Below are positions 1 to 12,895 of a stretch of 64,000 nt of DNA, piece by piece; the first letter of the stretch is position 1, and each line of letters begins with the position of its first letter. Both the position numbers and the translations under genes were made by a program. Under the pieces are notes generated by a model. It saw nothing but the letters and a program-made list of their open reading frames with translations. It was not told where the DNA came from and did no database searches. The stretch is from the NCBI RefSeq assembly GCF_963921235.1, contig NC_086097.1:225868001-225932000 (forward strand), read 5' to 3'. The stretch is from Mobula hypostoma (lineage: Eukaryota).

Positions 1-1679
1 TGGGTTGTTCTGTACAGAATTTGGAAACTTGAATTTTCTAATGAACTGGTGTTTAAGATTATACTAGTTAAAATTGCAACCACAGATATTAGAAAAGATT
101 ATTCATCTTTACAAATATGATTTGAAGAAAATGAAAAGGTTTTAATTCTGTGAGAGCTTTGTTAAAGGTATACTTCAATGTTAAGTGTTATGAAAAATCA
201 ATAAGAACAGGTCAAATAACAATACAGAAATCTATAAAAATAAAGCAAATCTCAATTCTAGCAGGAAATAATGATGAATTTGGAATTGTCATGGCATCAT
301 CATAGTTATCTCAAGATCTCTCCATTTATAAACTAACATTTATGTCATTTCCTAGAAGCCTTCTTTGCCTATAGAAATGCTAGTGCTCCTGGCAGCACAT
401 GTATGCTGTGTGGAAAAATAAATAGACTTTATAAAGAGAATCTTGCATTTAAAAAAAATGAAAATGTGACTTAAATATCCTTTCAAATTCTCACTAATGA
501 TACAAAAATGAATAGCTCCACCTAAATCAGCTTTACCTTTTCACTCCAAATTTAATGACCTTGTTATTGATGTTTAAACAAAGGCTCTGATTCAGTTTAA
601 GTGCCACATACTTAAGTCTGATGTAATTTGCACCACCATCTCTCTGGATGTCTACAGTAAACTCAGAAAAATGCAAACAATCTAAGTTGGTAAAAACAGA
701 TGCCACAGAAAAACTGAAATGTTTAGTTTGAAGCAAAGCAGGAGCCACATATCAAGAAAAAATATAACAAAAAGATTAGGAAATTCATGAAAGCAGATAT
801 TGTGTGGTTGCTGTGTTAACTGAGAAGACTCCAAACTACCTTGAAAGCCATTTGCCTTGAATGTCATTTGGATGAAGCCTTATTCATTACAGATGTGTAA
901 TAATGTTATGTTGCAAACAAAGTTTATGACATGGCTAGGAAATAGAAGGTAGAATGTTAAATCCTTGAAGCACCACCAGTTGTGTAATTAAAAGAGCTTG
1001 GGAACTGGAGGCTCATGTCCTTTGCGTGAAGTGGGGAAAGAGGGAACTGATGTGGAGCATATGGGAGAGATTGCACACAGTGAAAGAAGTAGAAACTCTG
1101 CCCATGACAGCATCTCACCACAAGTAGGAAGATTGTCAAGATACAAGTTAACATGTGAATAGGTTACAGAATAGGTGTATCATACATCAGTACTCTCAGT
1201 GCATCTCACTTACTATTTGACTACATAGTGACGTTCACACAACTCCACATTACCACACCCTTCACAAGTTCTAGTAACAAACCAGAAGCCCTCTAAGCAC
1301 AGAAGCCAAATGTATGCCATTGGTACATATCACTTTCCACATCATCTCTCCTTTATATTCAGATTTGGATCAGTGAAATGCTTTATTTTTCTTAACGACC
1401 AACATACCTCAGGGCAGCCTGCAAGTGTCAGCACACCTTCCCGCGGCAATATGGCATGCCCATAATGTTCAACACAAAAACATTCATAGACATTGGGCCT
1501 CTAACCTCCAGTCTCTGGCCTGGACTCCCAGACTTGAAGACAATGAACCTCTATCATCCAGTCTCTGGTGTAGAAATTCATCTCCAGTGATAAGCTCCAG
1601 CACACTGTGCCTTTGCTTTGCACACTGCCTCTGAAACTTTCCAGTGATTGGAGTTCATTGGTTGTTGGAGCAAGTGTGG

Positions 1680-2058
1680 GTTTGTTCGTTCATTATGTAC
1701 CATGTTGTATGACATAGGCGATCATGCTCTTTTCGTAGTAATGATTGTTCTGGGCAATTTTTTCTACAGAAGTGGTTCACCATTGCCTCCTCCTGGACAG
1801 TGTCTTTACAAGATGGGTGATGTCAGCTATTATCAATACTCTATCAGTATTCCACAGAAGTTGTCGGCCTGGCATCAGTGGGTGCATAGCCAGGAATTGT
1901 GATGTGTACCAGCTCCCCATGCGTCCGTCCACCACCTGCTGCCATGGTTTCACTTGATGCTGATCTGGGGCTAAGCAGATACTACACCTTGCCCAAGGGT
2001 GACATGCAGTCTAGCGGAGAGAAGGAGTGACTTACGCCTCCTTTGGTAGAGATTTACC
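1680..2058 (-). mobile_element. Short non-autonomous retroelement with an RTE-like 3' tail; inverted copy of 18696-19058
   Basis: The reverse complement aligns by eye along its length with 18696-19058, including the GGCAATGG..ACCACTTCTG..TTTGCC tail that resembles RTE/BovB-type 3' ends. Confidence 0.65.
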
Positions 2059-2414
2059 AAAGCTAATGGGCATTTAGTGTTACTGACCCGGAATAATTTC
2101 CTAGAAATGTGACTTCCAGCACAAGGTAGCACACATAGAGAAAAAGCAGGTTCTGATTGAAAGAGAGGAATCACACTTGGTCATTTGGTTCCTCCCAATA
2201 AAAAGACTACGTAGTCTTGAACGTGAGAATAGAGTTATAATGGCTACAGTATGTAATTGCTCCATTTTTCTTGCATATTTACAACTGTTCTTTTCCTTAC
2301 CTTGAAAACTTTTTCTTATTGCTGCACATCGTCTCTTAAAATGCATAGATGTACACCATCCTAATCTTCTAGTTTAATCATTACTGGCTCTCAAGTACAA
2401 AATTAACCTCAAAC

Positions 2415-3000
2415 AAAGGTTCAATGGTTCATTTATTATTAAAGTATACAACCCTGAAATTCAGCAATTCTCCAGGTAGTCTTGAAACTTGGAAAGGCAG
2501 CATGATTATCAACTCCCAAACCCCATCTCCCTGCCAAAAAATTAACAAAAATAGAACGGGCACATCAACTGCCAAGTCCCTCTTCCTGCATGAAAACCCA
2601 GCAAAACAATCAGGTATATCGACCCCAAATCCCCTTTCCCACACAAAAAAAATGTGAAGATCAGACGAAAAGAAACATAATATAAAAACCATAAGAGTCG
2701 AAAAAAATAGTCTATAGTCCAAGTCCACAACCAAAATGGAGAAAAAACCTGGGCAACACTCTCTGTGTGCAGCAGCAGTCTCTCCCCTCTCCAGTACAGA
2801 GCAACCAATCAAAAGGCAAGCAGCTGGTGCTCTCCCTCTGCACTTGCTTCAATGCTTCAATCTCCCTCGTTGCTTTAATTGATGAACAATGGAAGCTATA
2901 ATCGGCAAAATGGAGCCAAACATCAGCTTGTGCCCCATCTGGCAGTCTGCCCGCTATGAGGTTTGCATACGCAGGCTCTATTTTGACCAGAAGATGGATT
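2415..3000 (-). repeat. Unclassified interspersed repeat sharing a LINE-like 3' tail
   Basis: The left end (TTTATTAT..ATACAACCCTGAAATTC) resembles tails at ~28490 and ~33645. The right boundary is uncertain. Confidence 0.3.
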
Positions 3001-3066
3001 GAAAGAAATAAAACAAGTAGCTTTTGCACTCTTAAGCCCAGACTTAGTAAGAGGACAACCATAAGA

Positions 3067-5330
3067 ATAGAAACATAGAAACATAGAAAATAGGTGCAGG
3101 AGTAGGCCATTCGGCCCTTCGAGCCTGCACCGCCATTTATTATGATCATGGCTGATCATCCAACTCAGAACCCAGCCTTCCCTCCATACCCCGTGACCCC
3201 TGTAGCCACAAGGGCCATATCTAACTTCCTTTTAAACATAGCTAATGAACTGGCCTCAACAGTTTGCTGTGGCAGAGAATTCCACAGATTCACCACTCTC
3301 TGTGTGAAGAAGTTTTTCCTAACCTCGGTCCTAAAAGGCTTCCCCTCTATCCTCAAACTGTGACCCCTCGTTCTAGACCTCCCCAACATCGGGAACAATC
3401 TTCCCGCATCTAGCCTGTCCAATCCCTTTAGGATCTTATACGTTTCAATCAGATCCCCCCTCAATCTTCTAAATTCCAACGAGTACAAGCCCAGTTCATC
3501 CAGTCTTTCTTCATATGAAAGACCTGCCATCCCAGGAATCAATCTGGTGAACCTTCTTTGTACTCCCTCTATGGCAAAGATGTCTTTCCTCAGATTAGGG
3601 GACCAAAACTGCACACAATACTCCAGGTGTGGTCTCACCAAGGCCTTGTACAACTGCAGTAGTACCTCCCTGCTCCTGTACTCGAATCCTCTCGCTATAA
3701 ATGCCAGCATACCGTTCGCCTTTTTCACCGCCTGCTGTACCTGCATGCCCACTTTCAACGACTGGTGTATAATGACACCCAGGTCTCGTTGCACCTCCCC
3801 TTTTCCTAATCGGCCACCATTCAGATAATAATCTGTTTTCCTATTTTTGCCACCAAAGTGGATAACTTCACATTTATCCACATTAAATTGCATCTGCCAT
3901 GAGTTTGTCCACTCACCCAACCTATCCAAGTCACCCTGCATCCTCTTAGCATCCTCCTCACTGCTAACACTGCCACCCAGCTTTGTGTCATCCGCAAACT
4001 TGGAGATGCTGCATTTAATTCCCTCATCCAAGTCATTAATATATATTGTAAACAACTGGGGTCCCAGCACTGAGCCTTGCGGTACCCCACTAGTCACCGC
4101 CTGCCATTCTGAAAAGGTCCCGTTTATTCCCACTCTTTGCTTCCTGTCTGCTAACCAATTCTCCACCCACACCAATACCTTACCCCCAATACCGTGTGCT
4201 TTAAGTTTGCACACTAATCTCCTATGTGGGACCTTGTCAAAAGCCTTTTGAAAATCCAAATATACCACATCCACTGGTTCTCCCCTATCCACTCTACTAG
4301 TTACATCCTCAAAAAATTCTATGAGATTCGTCAGACATGATTTTCCTTTCACAAATCCATGCTGACTTTGTCCGATCATTTCACCGCTTTCCAAATGTGC
4401 TGTTATCACATCCTTGATAACTGACTCCAGCAGTTTCCCCACCACCGACGTTAGGCTAACCGGCCTATAATTCCCCGGTTTCTCTCTCCCTCCTTTTTTA
4501 AAAAGTGGGGTTACATTAGCCACCCTCCAATCCTCAGGAACTAGTCCAGAATCTAACGAGTTTTGAAAAATTATCACTAATGCATCCACTATTTCTTGGG
4601 CCACTTCCTTAAGCACTCTGGGATGCAGACCATCTGGCCCCGGGGATTTATCTGCCTTCAATCCCTTCAATTTACCTAACACCACTTCCCTACTAACATG
4701 TATTTCGCTCAGTTCCTCCATCTCACTGGACCCTCTGTCCCTTACTATTTCTGGAAGATTATTTATGTCCTCCTTAGTGAAGACAGAACCAAAGTAATTA
4801 TTCAATTGGTCTGCCATGTCCTTGCTCCCCATAATCAATTCACCTGTTTCTGTTTGCAGGGGACCTACATTTGTCTTTATCAGTCTTTTCCTTTTTACAT
4901 ATCTATAAAAGCTTTTACAGTCCGTTTTTATGTTCTCTGCCAGTTTTCTCTCATAATCTTTTTTCCCCTTCCTAATTAAGCCCTTTGTCCTTCTCTGCTG
5001 AACTCTGAATTTTTCCCAGTCCTCAGGTGAGCCACTTTCTCTGGCTAATTTGTATGCTACTTCTTTGGAATTGATACTATCCCTAATTTCTCTTGTCAGC
5101 CACGGGTGCACTACCTTCCTTGATTTATTCTTTTGCCAAACTGGGATGAACAATTGTTGTAGTTCATCCATGCAACCTTTAAATGCCTGCCATTGCATAT
5201 CCACCGTCAATCCTTGAAGTGTCATTTGCCAGTCTATCTTAGCTAATTCACGTCTCATACCTTCAAAGTTACCCCTCTTTAAGTTCAGAACCTTTGTTTC
5301 TGAATTAACTACGTCACTCTCCATGTTATG
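3067..5330 (-). mobile_element. Young 5'-truncated CR1 LINE
   Basis: The (ATAGAAAC)n terminal microsatellite at 3067-3090 reads (TTTCTATG)n on the sense strand. A short 3' UTR and an uninterrupted ORF2 portion follow. Confidence 0.95.
3165..5324 (-). CDS. CR1 ORF2 reverse transcriptase, 719 aa, lacking most of the N-terminal APE endonuclease
   Basis: Motifs KSPGPDG, PEDWRVANVTPLFKKG, NYRPVSLTS, QHGF, YLDFQKAFDKV, GVPQGSVLGP, KFADD and the CR1 C-terminus (YKALVRPHLEY, RNFFTQRVVNLWNSL-like). No stops in 2.16 kb. Confidence 0.9.
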   Translation of the reverse strand: MESDVVNSETKVLNLKRGNFEGMRRELAKIDWQMTLQGLTVDMQWQAFKGCMDELQQLFIPVWQKNKSRKVVHPWLTREIRDSINSKEVAYKLARESGSPEDWEKFRVQQRRTKGLIRKGKKDYERKLAENIKTDCKSFYRYVKRKRLIKTNVGPLQTETGELIMGSKDMADQLNNYFGSVFTKEDINNLPEIVRDRGSSEMEELSEIHVSREVVLGKLKGLKADKSPGPDGLHPRVLKEVAQEIVDALVIIFQNSLDSGLVPEDWRVANVTPLFKKGGREKPGNYRPVSLTSVVGKLLESVIKDVITAHLESGEMIGQSQHGFVKGKSCLTNLIEFFEDVTSRVDRGEPVDVVYLDFQKAFDKVPHRRLVCKLKAHGIGGKVLVWVENWLADRKQRVGINGTFSEWQAVTSGVPQGSVLGPQLFTIYINDLDEGIKCSISKFADDTKLGGSVSSEEDAKRMQGDLDRLGEWTNSWQMQFNVDKCEVIHFGGKNRKTDYYLNGGRLGKGEVQRDLGVIIHQSLKVGMQVQQAVKKANGMLAFIARGFEYRSREVLLQLYKALVRPHLEYCVQFWSPNLRKDIFAIEGVQRRFTRLIPGMAGLSYEERLDELGLYSLEFRRLRGDLIETYKILKGLDRLDAGRLFPMLGRSRTRGHSLRIEGKPFRTEVRKNFFTQRVVNLWNSLPQQTVEASSLAMFKRKLDMALVATGVTGYGGKAGF

Positions 5331-6914
5331 AATGAAAGAGATGGTGTTGTATCCTGATCATGAAACACAATCTTCTCAGATTATCAAATGTTGCATTGGG
5401 TACTCTGAGGGTGAAGGTGAATTTTGTCATCAATATCTGTCTTCATGGACAGTTGGCTTTCAGGATGAGGAAAGCATACTTCCCTGGATTTCACCGTGGA
5501 TTTGTATTGTCGGAAGTAAGCACTCACACCAGTTTGGTAGCTTCCAGCAGTGTGACACAGGTAGGATGATGGTTTCATGTTACACTGAAACAGAGGGCCA
5601 TGAGCCATTAATTTAGCTCGTAGGAAATATCAGTGAGATGGAAGACCAAGTGATTTTTGATAGTAGACTCTACCCATGAAGATGGCGATCATCCTCTAAT
5701 TCTCCCCTCCGGACAAAGTCGCACCTACCTTCATATTTTTCAAGGGGCTTACTCCGACTCATTATGTCCTACCAAGAGCACTGCTGAGCGATTACCCTGG
5801 AGAGGGCTGTAATACAACACAGCCTGTCCAGGAGGTGGGAGTCACTAATGGTAATTTCTGGATTTCCATTCTTAACTTCACCGTGAACACTAGTGGTTGC
5901 TGTCAGTTTCATGGTCAATGGGAGTTAAAAATTACAATTTCACTATCATTACAACTGCAAATTCTGGTCTAATAATGAGCTATAGTTACTCCTTTGTCAG
6001 TTAATGGTTTCTACTTGCTATATCCAGATAAAGTTAGTGATGGTAGCCTATGAGCAATCAGCACCTCACAAGAGATTGTCATTGTTAGTCAATGGTCCCA
6101 ATCAGAATCAATATATTTTCTATCAAAAAGCATTGTGATTCCTGGCTTCCTGTAAAATGTCCCTACTTATATGAACTAAGCATTGAATGAGAGAAGTAGG
6201 ATTTCCTCAGTCTGCTAAATTACATTAGTAGCTTTCGTCACAATCAATAGAAATTATTCTGATGGGTTTACATAAAAATCCTCTAGTTAGAAAACATATT
6301 TATCCGGATATTATTGATGCTGGTCTTTGTTCCCCAAATACACATCTTTTTACATTTAAATATGCGTTTAAAATAAAATGTATTTGCATTTAAGCATGCC
6401 AACTTGAATAATGAATTTTCCATAAATTAAGGACAAGATCAGAACTATATTCTTTTAATCACTTACCTGATCAAGCTGTTATTTTTAAAAAAAAGTCTAC
6501 TATTCTTGAAAGATATAACTTTACTGGTGTCACAACATGAAATCTGTTTTAATGATTAAGATAAATCATCCTGTTGATCATTTTTTACTGGAAACACGAA
6601 TCTTATGGTTACGTTAGATGGACATAATGAGAACATAGGTTATATTTGCTCATTCATCCCAAATAATCTGCAAAATTTTCTACAACAGTCATTCAAATGT
6701 CATGAAATAATATTCTAATGATAGCAGCAAAAAGTCAATCCAAAATTTACAAGGTTTAAAAGTTTATTCTATTAATTATAGTATTGTCTTTAATTGCAGA
6801 GTGAACTACAATAGAATTTTGCAAACTTAACAATGTTGGACATACCAATAACCTGATATAATAAAAGCTAAATTTTCTACTAATCCTCTGCGTGGGCTCA
6901 TTAACAGCTGTAAA

Positions 6915-7180
6915 GATGAGCTTTATTTATCACATGTACATCAAAACATACAGTGAAAAGTGTAATTTGCATCAAAGATTTGGTGGGGAGCTGGCAAGTA
7001 TCGTCATACTTCTGCCACCAACATAGCATGCTCACAACTTACTAACCATAACTCGTGCATTTTTGAATGTGGGGGAAAACTGGAACACCCAGAAGAAACC
7101 CACACATTATGAGACAAAAATGCACAAACTCAGTGGCAATTAAACACTGTTCTTAGGGCTGACCGCTGCACTACCTTTCC
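6915..7180 (-). mobile_element. Degenerate V-SINE-like SINE
   Basis: TGTGGGGGAAAACTGGAACACCCAGAAGAAACCCAC is the reverse complement of a V-domain-like stretch. The tail is shared with fragments at ~1380-1470 and ~11845-11965. Confidence 0.5.
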
Positions 7181-7501
7181 GCCTCACATTTTCTACAACT
7201 GCTGTAACTAGCCCTGTTTGATACATCAGAAAATTGCAGTTAACTTCAGAGATTATTCAAGTAACCCCCCTCCCCCATTGATGGATGCAGTAGCTTCATA
7301 GTGTAACAACAGTAAAACCGACATTGAGAAAATTCTGAGCTAAAGCATTTCTGTGCTTGTAAGTATAACAGCTTGGCCATCTTAATTGCCCATGCACTTG
7401 TCAACAACAGGCACTCCTAGTCAGTCCTGTGTCCTTTCCTAGTTTCCTTCCTGTAAGATAAAAAGGCTTGGTTATTCATTTCTTATGAATAACCAAGCTA
7501 A

Positions 7502-8824
7502 CTCACATCTGCAGTGATGAAATGCTTTGAGAGGTTGGTCATGACCAGACTGAACTCCTGCCTCAGCAAGGACCTGGACCCACTGCAATTTGCCTATCAT
7601 CACAATAGGTCAATGGCAGGTGCAATCTCAATGGCTCTCCACACGGCTTTAGACCACCTGGACAATTCAGACACCTATGTCAGGATGGTGTTCATCGACT
7701 ATGGCTCAGCATTTAACACCATCATTCCCACAATCCTGATTCAGAAGTTACAGAACCTGGGCCTCTGTACCTCCATCTGCAATTGAATCCTTGACTTCCT
7801 AACCAGAAGACCACAATCTGTGTGGATTGGTGATAACGTCTCCTCCTCACTAACGACTAACACTGGTGCACCTCAGGGGTGTGTGCTTAGCCCACTGCTC
7901 TACTCTCTCTATGCCCATGACTATGTGGCTAGGTATAGCTCAAGTGCCATCTATAAATTTGCTGATGATACAACCATTGTTGATAGAATCTCAGTTGGAG
8001 ACGAGAGGACGTACAGGGGTGAGATATGCCAACTGGTGGAGTGGTGCCGCAGCAACAACCTGGCACTAAATGCCAGTAAAACGAGAGAGCTGATTGTGGA
8101 CTTCAGGAAGGTTAAAACGAGGGAACACATATCAATCCTCATAGAAGGATCAGAAGTGGAGAGAGTGAGCAGTTTCAAGTTCCTGGATGTCAAGATCTCT
8201 GAGGACCTAACCCGGTCCCAAAATATCGATGTAGTTATAAAGAAGGCAAGATGGTGAGTATAATTCATTAGAAGTTTGATATTTAGTATGTCAAAAACTT
8301 CTATAGATGTACCATGGAGAACCTCTGACAGGCCGCATCACTGCCTGCTATGGGGGAGGGGTGGGGGGGTGGCTACTGCACGGGACCGAAAGAAGCTGCA
8401 GAGGGTTGTAAATCTAGTTAGCTCCATCTTAAGCACTAGCCTACAAAGTACCCAAGACACCTTCAAGGAGCGGTGTCTCAGAAAGGCAGCGTTTATTATT
8501 AAGGACCTCCAGCACCCAGGGCATGCCCTTTTCTCACTGTTACCATCAGGTAGGAGTTACAGAAGCCTGAAGGCACACACTCAGCGATTCAGGAACACCT
8601 TCTTCCCCTCTGCCAACCAATATCTAAAAGGACATTGAACCCATGAACATTACCTCACTTTATTTCTGTTTTTGCACAATTTTAATCTATTCAACGTGTG
8701 TATACTATAATTGATTTGCTTATTTATTTTTTCCTCTTCTATGTTATGAATTGCATTGAACTGCTGCTGCTGCTATGTTAACAAATTTCATGACACACGC
8801 CGGTAATAATAATTCTGATTCTGA
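7502..8824 (+). mobile_element. 5'-truncated Rex1/Babar-type LINE with a disrupted RT
   Basis: ORF pieces carry [48 protein letters not shown] and HALFSLLPSGRSYRS. There is an in-frame stop at 7784-7786 and the tail ends in ATTCTGATTCTGA. Confidence 0.88.
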
Positions 8825-8884
8825 ATTAATTCCCATACTGTTCCCACCAGTACGATAATGAAAAATCATGTAGGAATAGTTGCT

Positions 8885-9260
8885 AAAGTAGAGGAAGAAA
8901 TCTAAAAGGAGAGGACAGCGGACACGGAAGAATGGGTAAGAGGAGGGAACCCGAGGGAGGTGATGAACAGATAAGGAAAAGATAGGGGTGAGAGGGTAAC
9001 CAGAATGGGGAAGGGAAAAGGAGAGAAGGAGGGAGAGCATAGAAATTACCAGAAGTTGGAGAAATTGATGGTAGGGATGGATGCTACTCAGACGGATGTG
9101 GAGTGTAGCTTCTCCAGCCTCATTATGGCAATAGTGGAGGTTATGGACAGACATGTCAGAAGGTTTATTTCCCTCCATTGATGCCTTCTAACTTGCTTAG
9201 TTTCTCAAGCATTTTGTGTGTCTTGCTCAATATTTCCAGCATTCTCAGTATCTCTCGTGT
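8885..9260. mobile_element. Penelope-like element remnant (3' coding end on -, terminal repeat piece on +)
   Basis: The purine-rich tract and AATTACCAGAAGTTGGAGAAATTGATG resemble 41650-41900 and 14230. The segment 9170-9260 matches the terminal repeat family (CATTTTGTGTGT..TTCCAGCAT). Confidence 0.55.
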
Positions 9261-9462
9261 TACAGATCTTCTCACTGTCGTCAACAACCCATGGAGTCAA
9301 GAACATTTATCTTTGTCCTCTGGTGGCTAGATAAGAATCTGTAAGGGGCAGCCATGCCGTGTCTGTGGTAATGACTGCCAGGAGTTCCTACAGTGATTCC
9401 TTAGATCATGATAGGTTAGCTCAGTGTATTCATCACATGTACATCAAAACATACAGTAAAAT

Positions 9463-9800
9463 ATGGAGAGAATGTTTCCTCGAGTTGGGGAGTCTAGGTC
9501 CGGAAGGTACAGGCTCAGAATAAAAGGATGTCCCTTTAGAACAGAGATGAGGAGGAATTTCTTTAGCCAGAGGGTGGTGAATCTGTGGAATTCATTGCCA
9601 CAGATGGCTCTGGAGGCCAAATCATTAGATATATTTACAGAGGTGGTTGAATGGTTCTTGATTAGTCAGGGCATCAAAGGTTACAGGAAGAAGGCAGGAC
9701 AATATAGTTGAGAGGGATAATAAATCAGCTGTGATGGAATGGCAGAGCAGACTCAGTGGGCCAGAGAGACTAATTCTGCTCCTATATCTTATGGTCTTAT
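9463..9800 (+). mobile_element. CR1 3' fragment
   Basis: ORF reads MFPRVGESRS..RRNFFSQRVVNLWNSLP, followed by the CR1 3' UTR ending CCTATATCTTATGGTCTTAT. Confidence 0.85.
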
Positions 9801-10104
9801 CTTCCGGGCCACCCATGTGTGAAGTCAATTTTATTACATCCTGTAGCCCGTGATTTCCTTTCTGACACAGATTGTTGGTGATCTAAAGTATCACTTCTAG
9901 GGATAACAGTGATAACAATTTTCTTGGCATCTTTATTCACCTTGACCCAATGCTATTATCTTCTCATGCCCATTGCTATGTTGCTGTTTTGCATGCAAAT
10001 TTCAGGCTGTCTTATCAACCAATGAAAGCAAGTATCACAAGAGTTTCTACTTACATATGTTACCTTCAAACATCACAACCAGCTTATGATCTTCTTTCAG
10101 CCAC

Positions 10105-10725
10105 AACTCGATGATGCCAATAACATTATACCTGCCAATCTCTAACTGTGCTACAAGATAATCTACCTAATTCTGTATACTGTGTGCATTCAAATATAAT
10201 ATCTTTACTCCTGTATTTATCACCCTTTTCAATTTTGCTCCCATGTTATACTTCAACTCATCCCACTGACTGCAATTTTGCCCTATCATCTACCAGTCCT
10301 TCCTCACAGTCTCACTACACACTGCATCTACTTGTATACTAACTGCCCCATCCTCAGTCCTGTCATTCCAGTTCCCTTCCCTCTGTCCAAGTTAGTTCAA
10401 ACCCTCTCCAACGTCTCTATCAAACCTGCCCGCAAGGATATTGGTCCTTCTCAAGTTCTGGTGTAACCCATCCTTTTTGTGTAGGTCAGACCTTTTCCAG
10501 AAGAGATCTCAATGGTACAGAAACCTGAAACACTGATCCGTGCATCAATTCCTCAGCCACGCATTCATCTGCCAAAAGATTCGATTCTTGCCCTCACTGA
10601 CACGTGGCACGGGCAGCAATCCAGACATTACTACCCTGGAGACTATGCTTTTCATTCTACCTATCTCCCTATATTCTCTCTTCAGGACCTCCTCCTATTT
10701 CCTACCTGTATCATTGATACCAATA
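10105..10725 (-). mobile_element. Degenerate CR1 ORF1/ORF2 junction fragment
   Basis: The minus strand gives the KDGLH..TNILAGRF ORF1 end and a LYLNAHSI endonuclease start; similar to 23850-24400. Confidence 0.7.
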
Positions 10726-12511
10726 AATCAGATAATCAGTTCTATTTCAGTCAACCAATCTAAAAACGCACATCCATACTGTGAATACTAAGGTTGTAAT
10801 GAGACAGCCACTGGCTGGAATTGAGGAACTACTTTAGCCATTTAACAAGCTAGAAACAGCACTTGTTGAGAAGATAATTAAATAAGACAAAGCAATCCAT
10901 GTTGTTTATTGTTTCTTTTTACCCATTTGAATTAATATTTCCCAATCATTTCTTCATTTATCCTGCTGCATCAGATTGGCAAACAAACAATAATTTCTGC
11001 CAAGAAGTTTTGGTGATGTTTAACTTTCATGTATTCACCATTTTTCCATATTGCCTTATCCATACTTCTTCAGCATTTTTCCAATCTAATCTTGACTCGT
11101 GAATGCATCAATAATAACCCAGAAAGTATTCCAATAGCTTCACACTTCTTTGTTGAGAAGTCACACTTTTTTACCTAAACTACTCTTAATCTTAAATCTA
11201 TCCTTTTCATTTTAGTCCATTATGATTTAGAAAAATATTTTACTTTCCACTTAGATGCATTTTAAATAATGTTTACACTAACAAATTGTCCAATATTTGA
11301 CTGTAGTCTTATGTAAAAGGTCACAAATTTTTGTGTATATTATTCTGTTTACTTCGTAAAGGCAGTATCCAAATGAAATAGAAATATAGGTTGATATCAT
11401 CTGTGTCCTATCCAATCCTCTTCCACCTTCCTTACGATTTAAAATTAATTTGCTTTCTCTTTCCCAGTTCTGGTAAAATGACTTTGACCTGAACCTTACG
11501 CTGTTTATCTTTCCACAAATGCCAGCTGACCTGTAGAGCATTTCCAAAATTTTCTAAGTTTTAAGATTTCCTGCATTTACTGTTTTTTGTTTGGTTTTTA
11601 ATTCGCAGTTGAACTTGTGCGACCTGTCTCAAAACTATTACATCATTGATCAAAAGGGAAATTTAATTTGGAACAGTTAAGGTCAAAATCTTTTCCATTT
11701 CTAGTTCTGATGCCAATAAACGATTAATTATCTTCTATATTCACTGTAATGGATTTTAAGATGACAAAGAATAATTCCCAAAGGTGTGTGAATCATTGAT
11801 TTGGAAAACAGTGTGTCTGGGAGGTTGGAATCACTTCAATATCAGAATCAGATTCATTTATTTATCACAAGTATATCAAAAAGAGAAATGCATCATTTGT
11901 GCTAACAATCAACACAACCTAAGGATGTGCTGGGGGTGGCCCAGAAATGTCGCCACATATTGTTGATTGAATAACTTACAAGGTAATCAAAACAAATATA
12001 GTTTTCAGTGTGATGTAGGGGAGACAAGAAGAATAGGGCAGGAGTAGAAAATGAAGCGGAGTATGGAAATGGAAACAGTGGCACCAGATCTGCATTTACT
12101 TCAAAGAAGATACAGGAGACAGGAGATTGAGAAGGCAGTCAGCATTTGAGAAATAGTACGTGAGGTGTTCCTGGCCCTAGCATAGACTGATGGCCAAATA
12201 CATATCACATTAGAGATTGGCGTAGCTAAGGTAATGAATCATCGCACCAATATATGCTTCTTTCTGATGTGAAGTGGGAAGGGATTGTTTCGAGTCACTG
12301 TAGTCAATGCTGTGGAACTCAACAAACCTGATCTGGGATCTGTGAATGGTGCAAAAGAGGTGGAAAAGCAAGGTACATTTTATTTTTCTAAATTATTTGT
12401 GTTTAGTCTGATGTTTTAATTATTTAAAGCATTTTGGAAGTTTTGGTGGAATTTTCTCAGTGTCTAATAATTTTTGTTTTTGATTATTGGTTTTAACATT
12501 CAACATTTAAC

Positions 12512-12895
12512 AGGATGAGAGGTGACCTGATAGAGGTGTATAAGATGATGAGAGGCATTGATCGTGAGGATAGTCAGAGGCTTTTTTCCCAGGGCTGAAA
12601 TAGTTGCCACAAGAGGACACAGGTTTAAGGTGCTGGGGAGTAGGTACAGAGGAGATGTCAGGGGTAAGTTTTTTACTCAGAGAGTGGTGAGTGCGTGAAA
12701 TGAGCTGCCAGCAACGGTGATGGAGGAGGGTATGAGAGGGTCTTTTAAGAGACTTTTAGATAGGTACATGGAGCTTGGAAAAATAGAGGGCTATGGAGAA
12801 GTCTAGTAATTTCTAAGGTAGGGACATGTTCGGCACAACTTTGTGGGCCGAAAGGCCTGTATTGTTCTGTAGGTTTTCTATGTTACTATGTTTCT
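12512..12895 (+). mobile_element. CR1 3' fragment
   Basis: Starts AGGATGAGAGGTGACCTGATAGAGG (RMRGDLIE) and ends TTTTCTATGTTACTATGTTTCT. Same subfamily as 21084-21480. Confidence 0.88.

Noticed and set aside
3165..5324. RT as part of a retron, DGR, group II intron or CRISPR-RT system
   Set aside because: The motifs, C-terminus and tail are typical CR1 LINE in a vertebrate context, with no prokaryotic accessory genes or arrays.
6460..6590. Strong minus-strand donor (CAG|GTAAGT, ACTTACCTG at ~6461) as an exon end
   Set aside because: The ~120-nt exon to the nearest good acceptor has stops in all three frames, and the 9-nt alternative has a poor pyrimidine tract.
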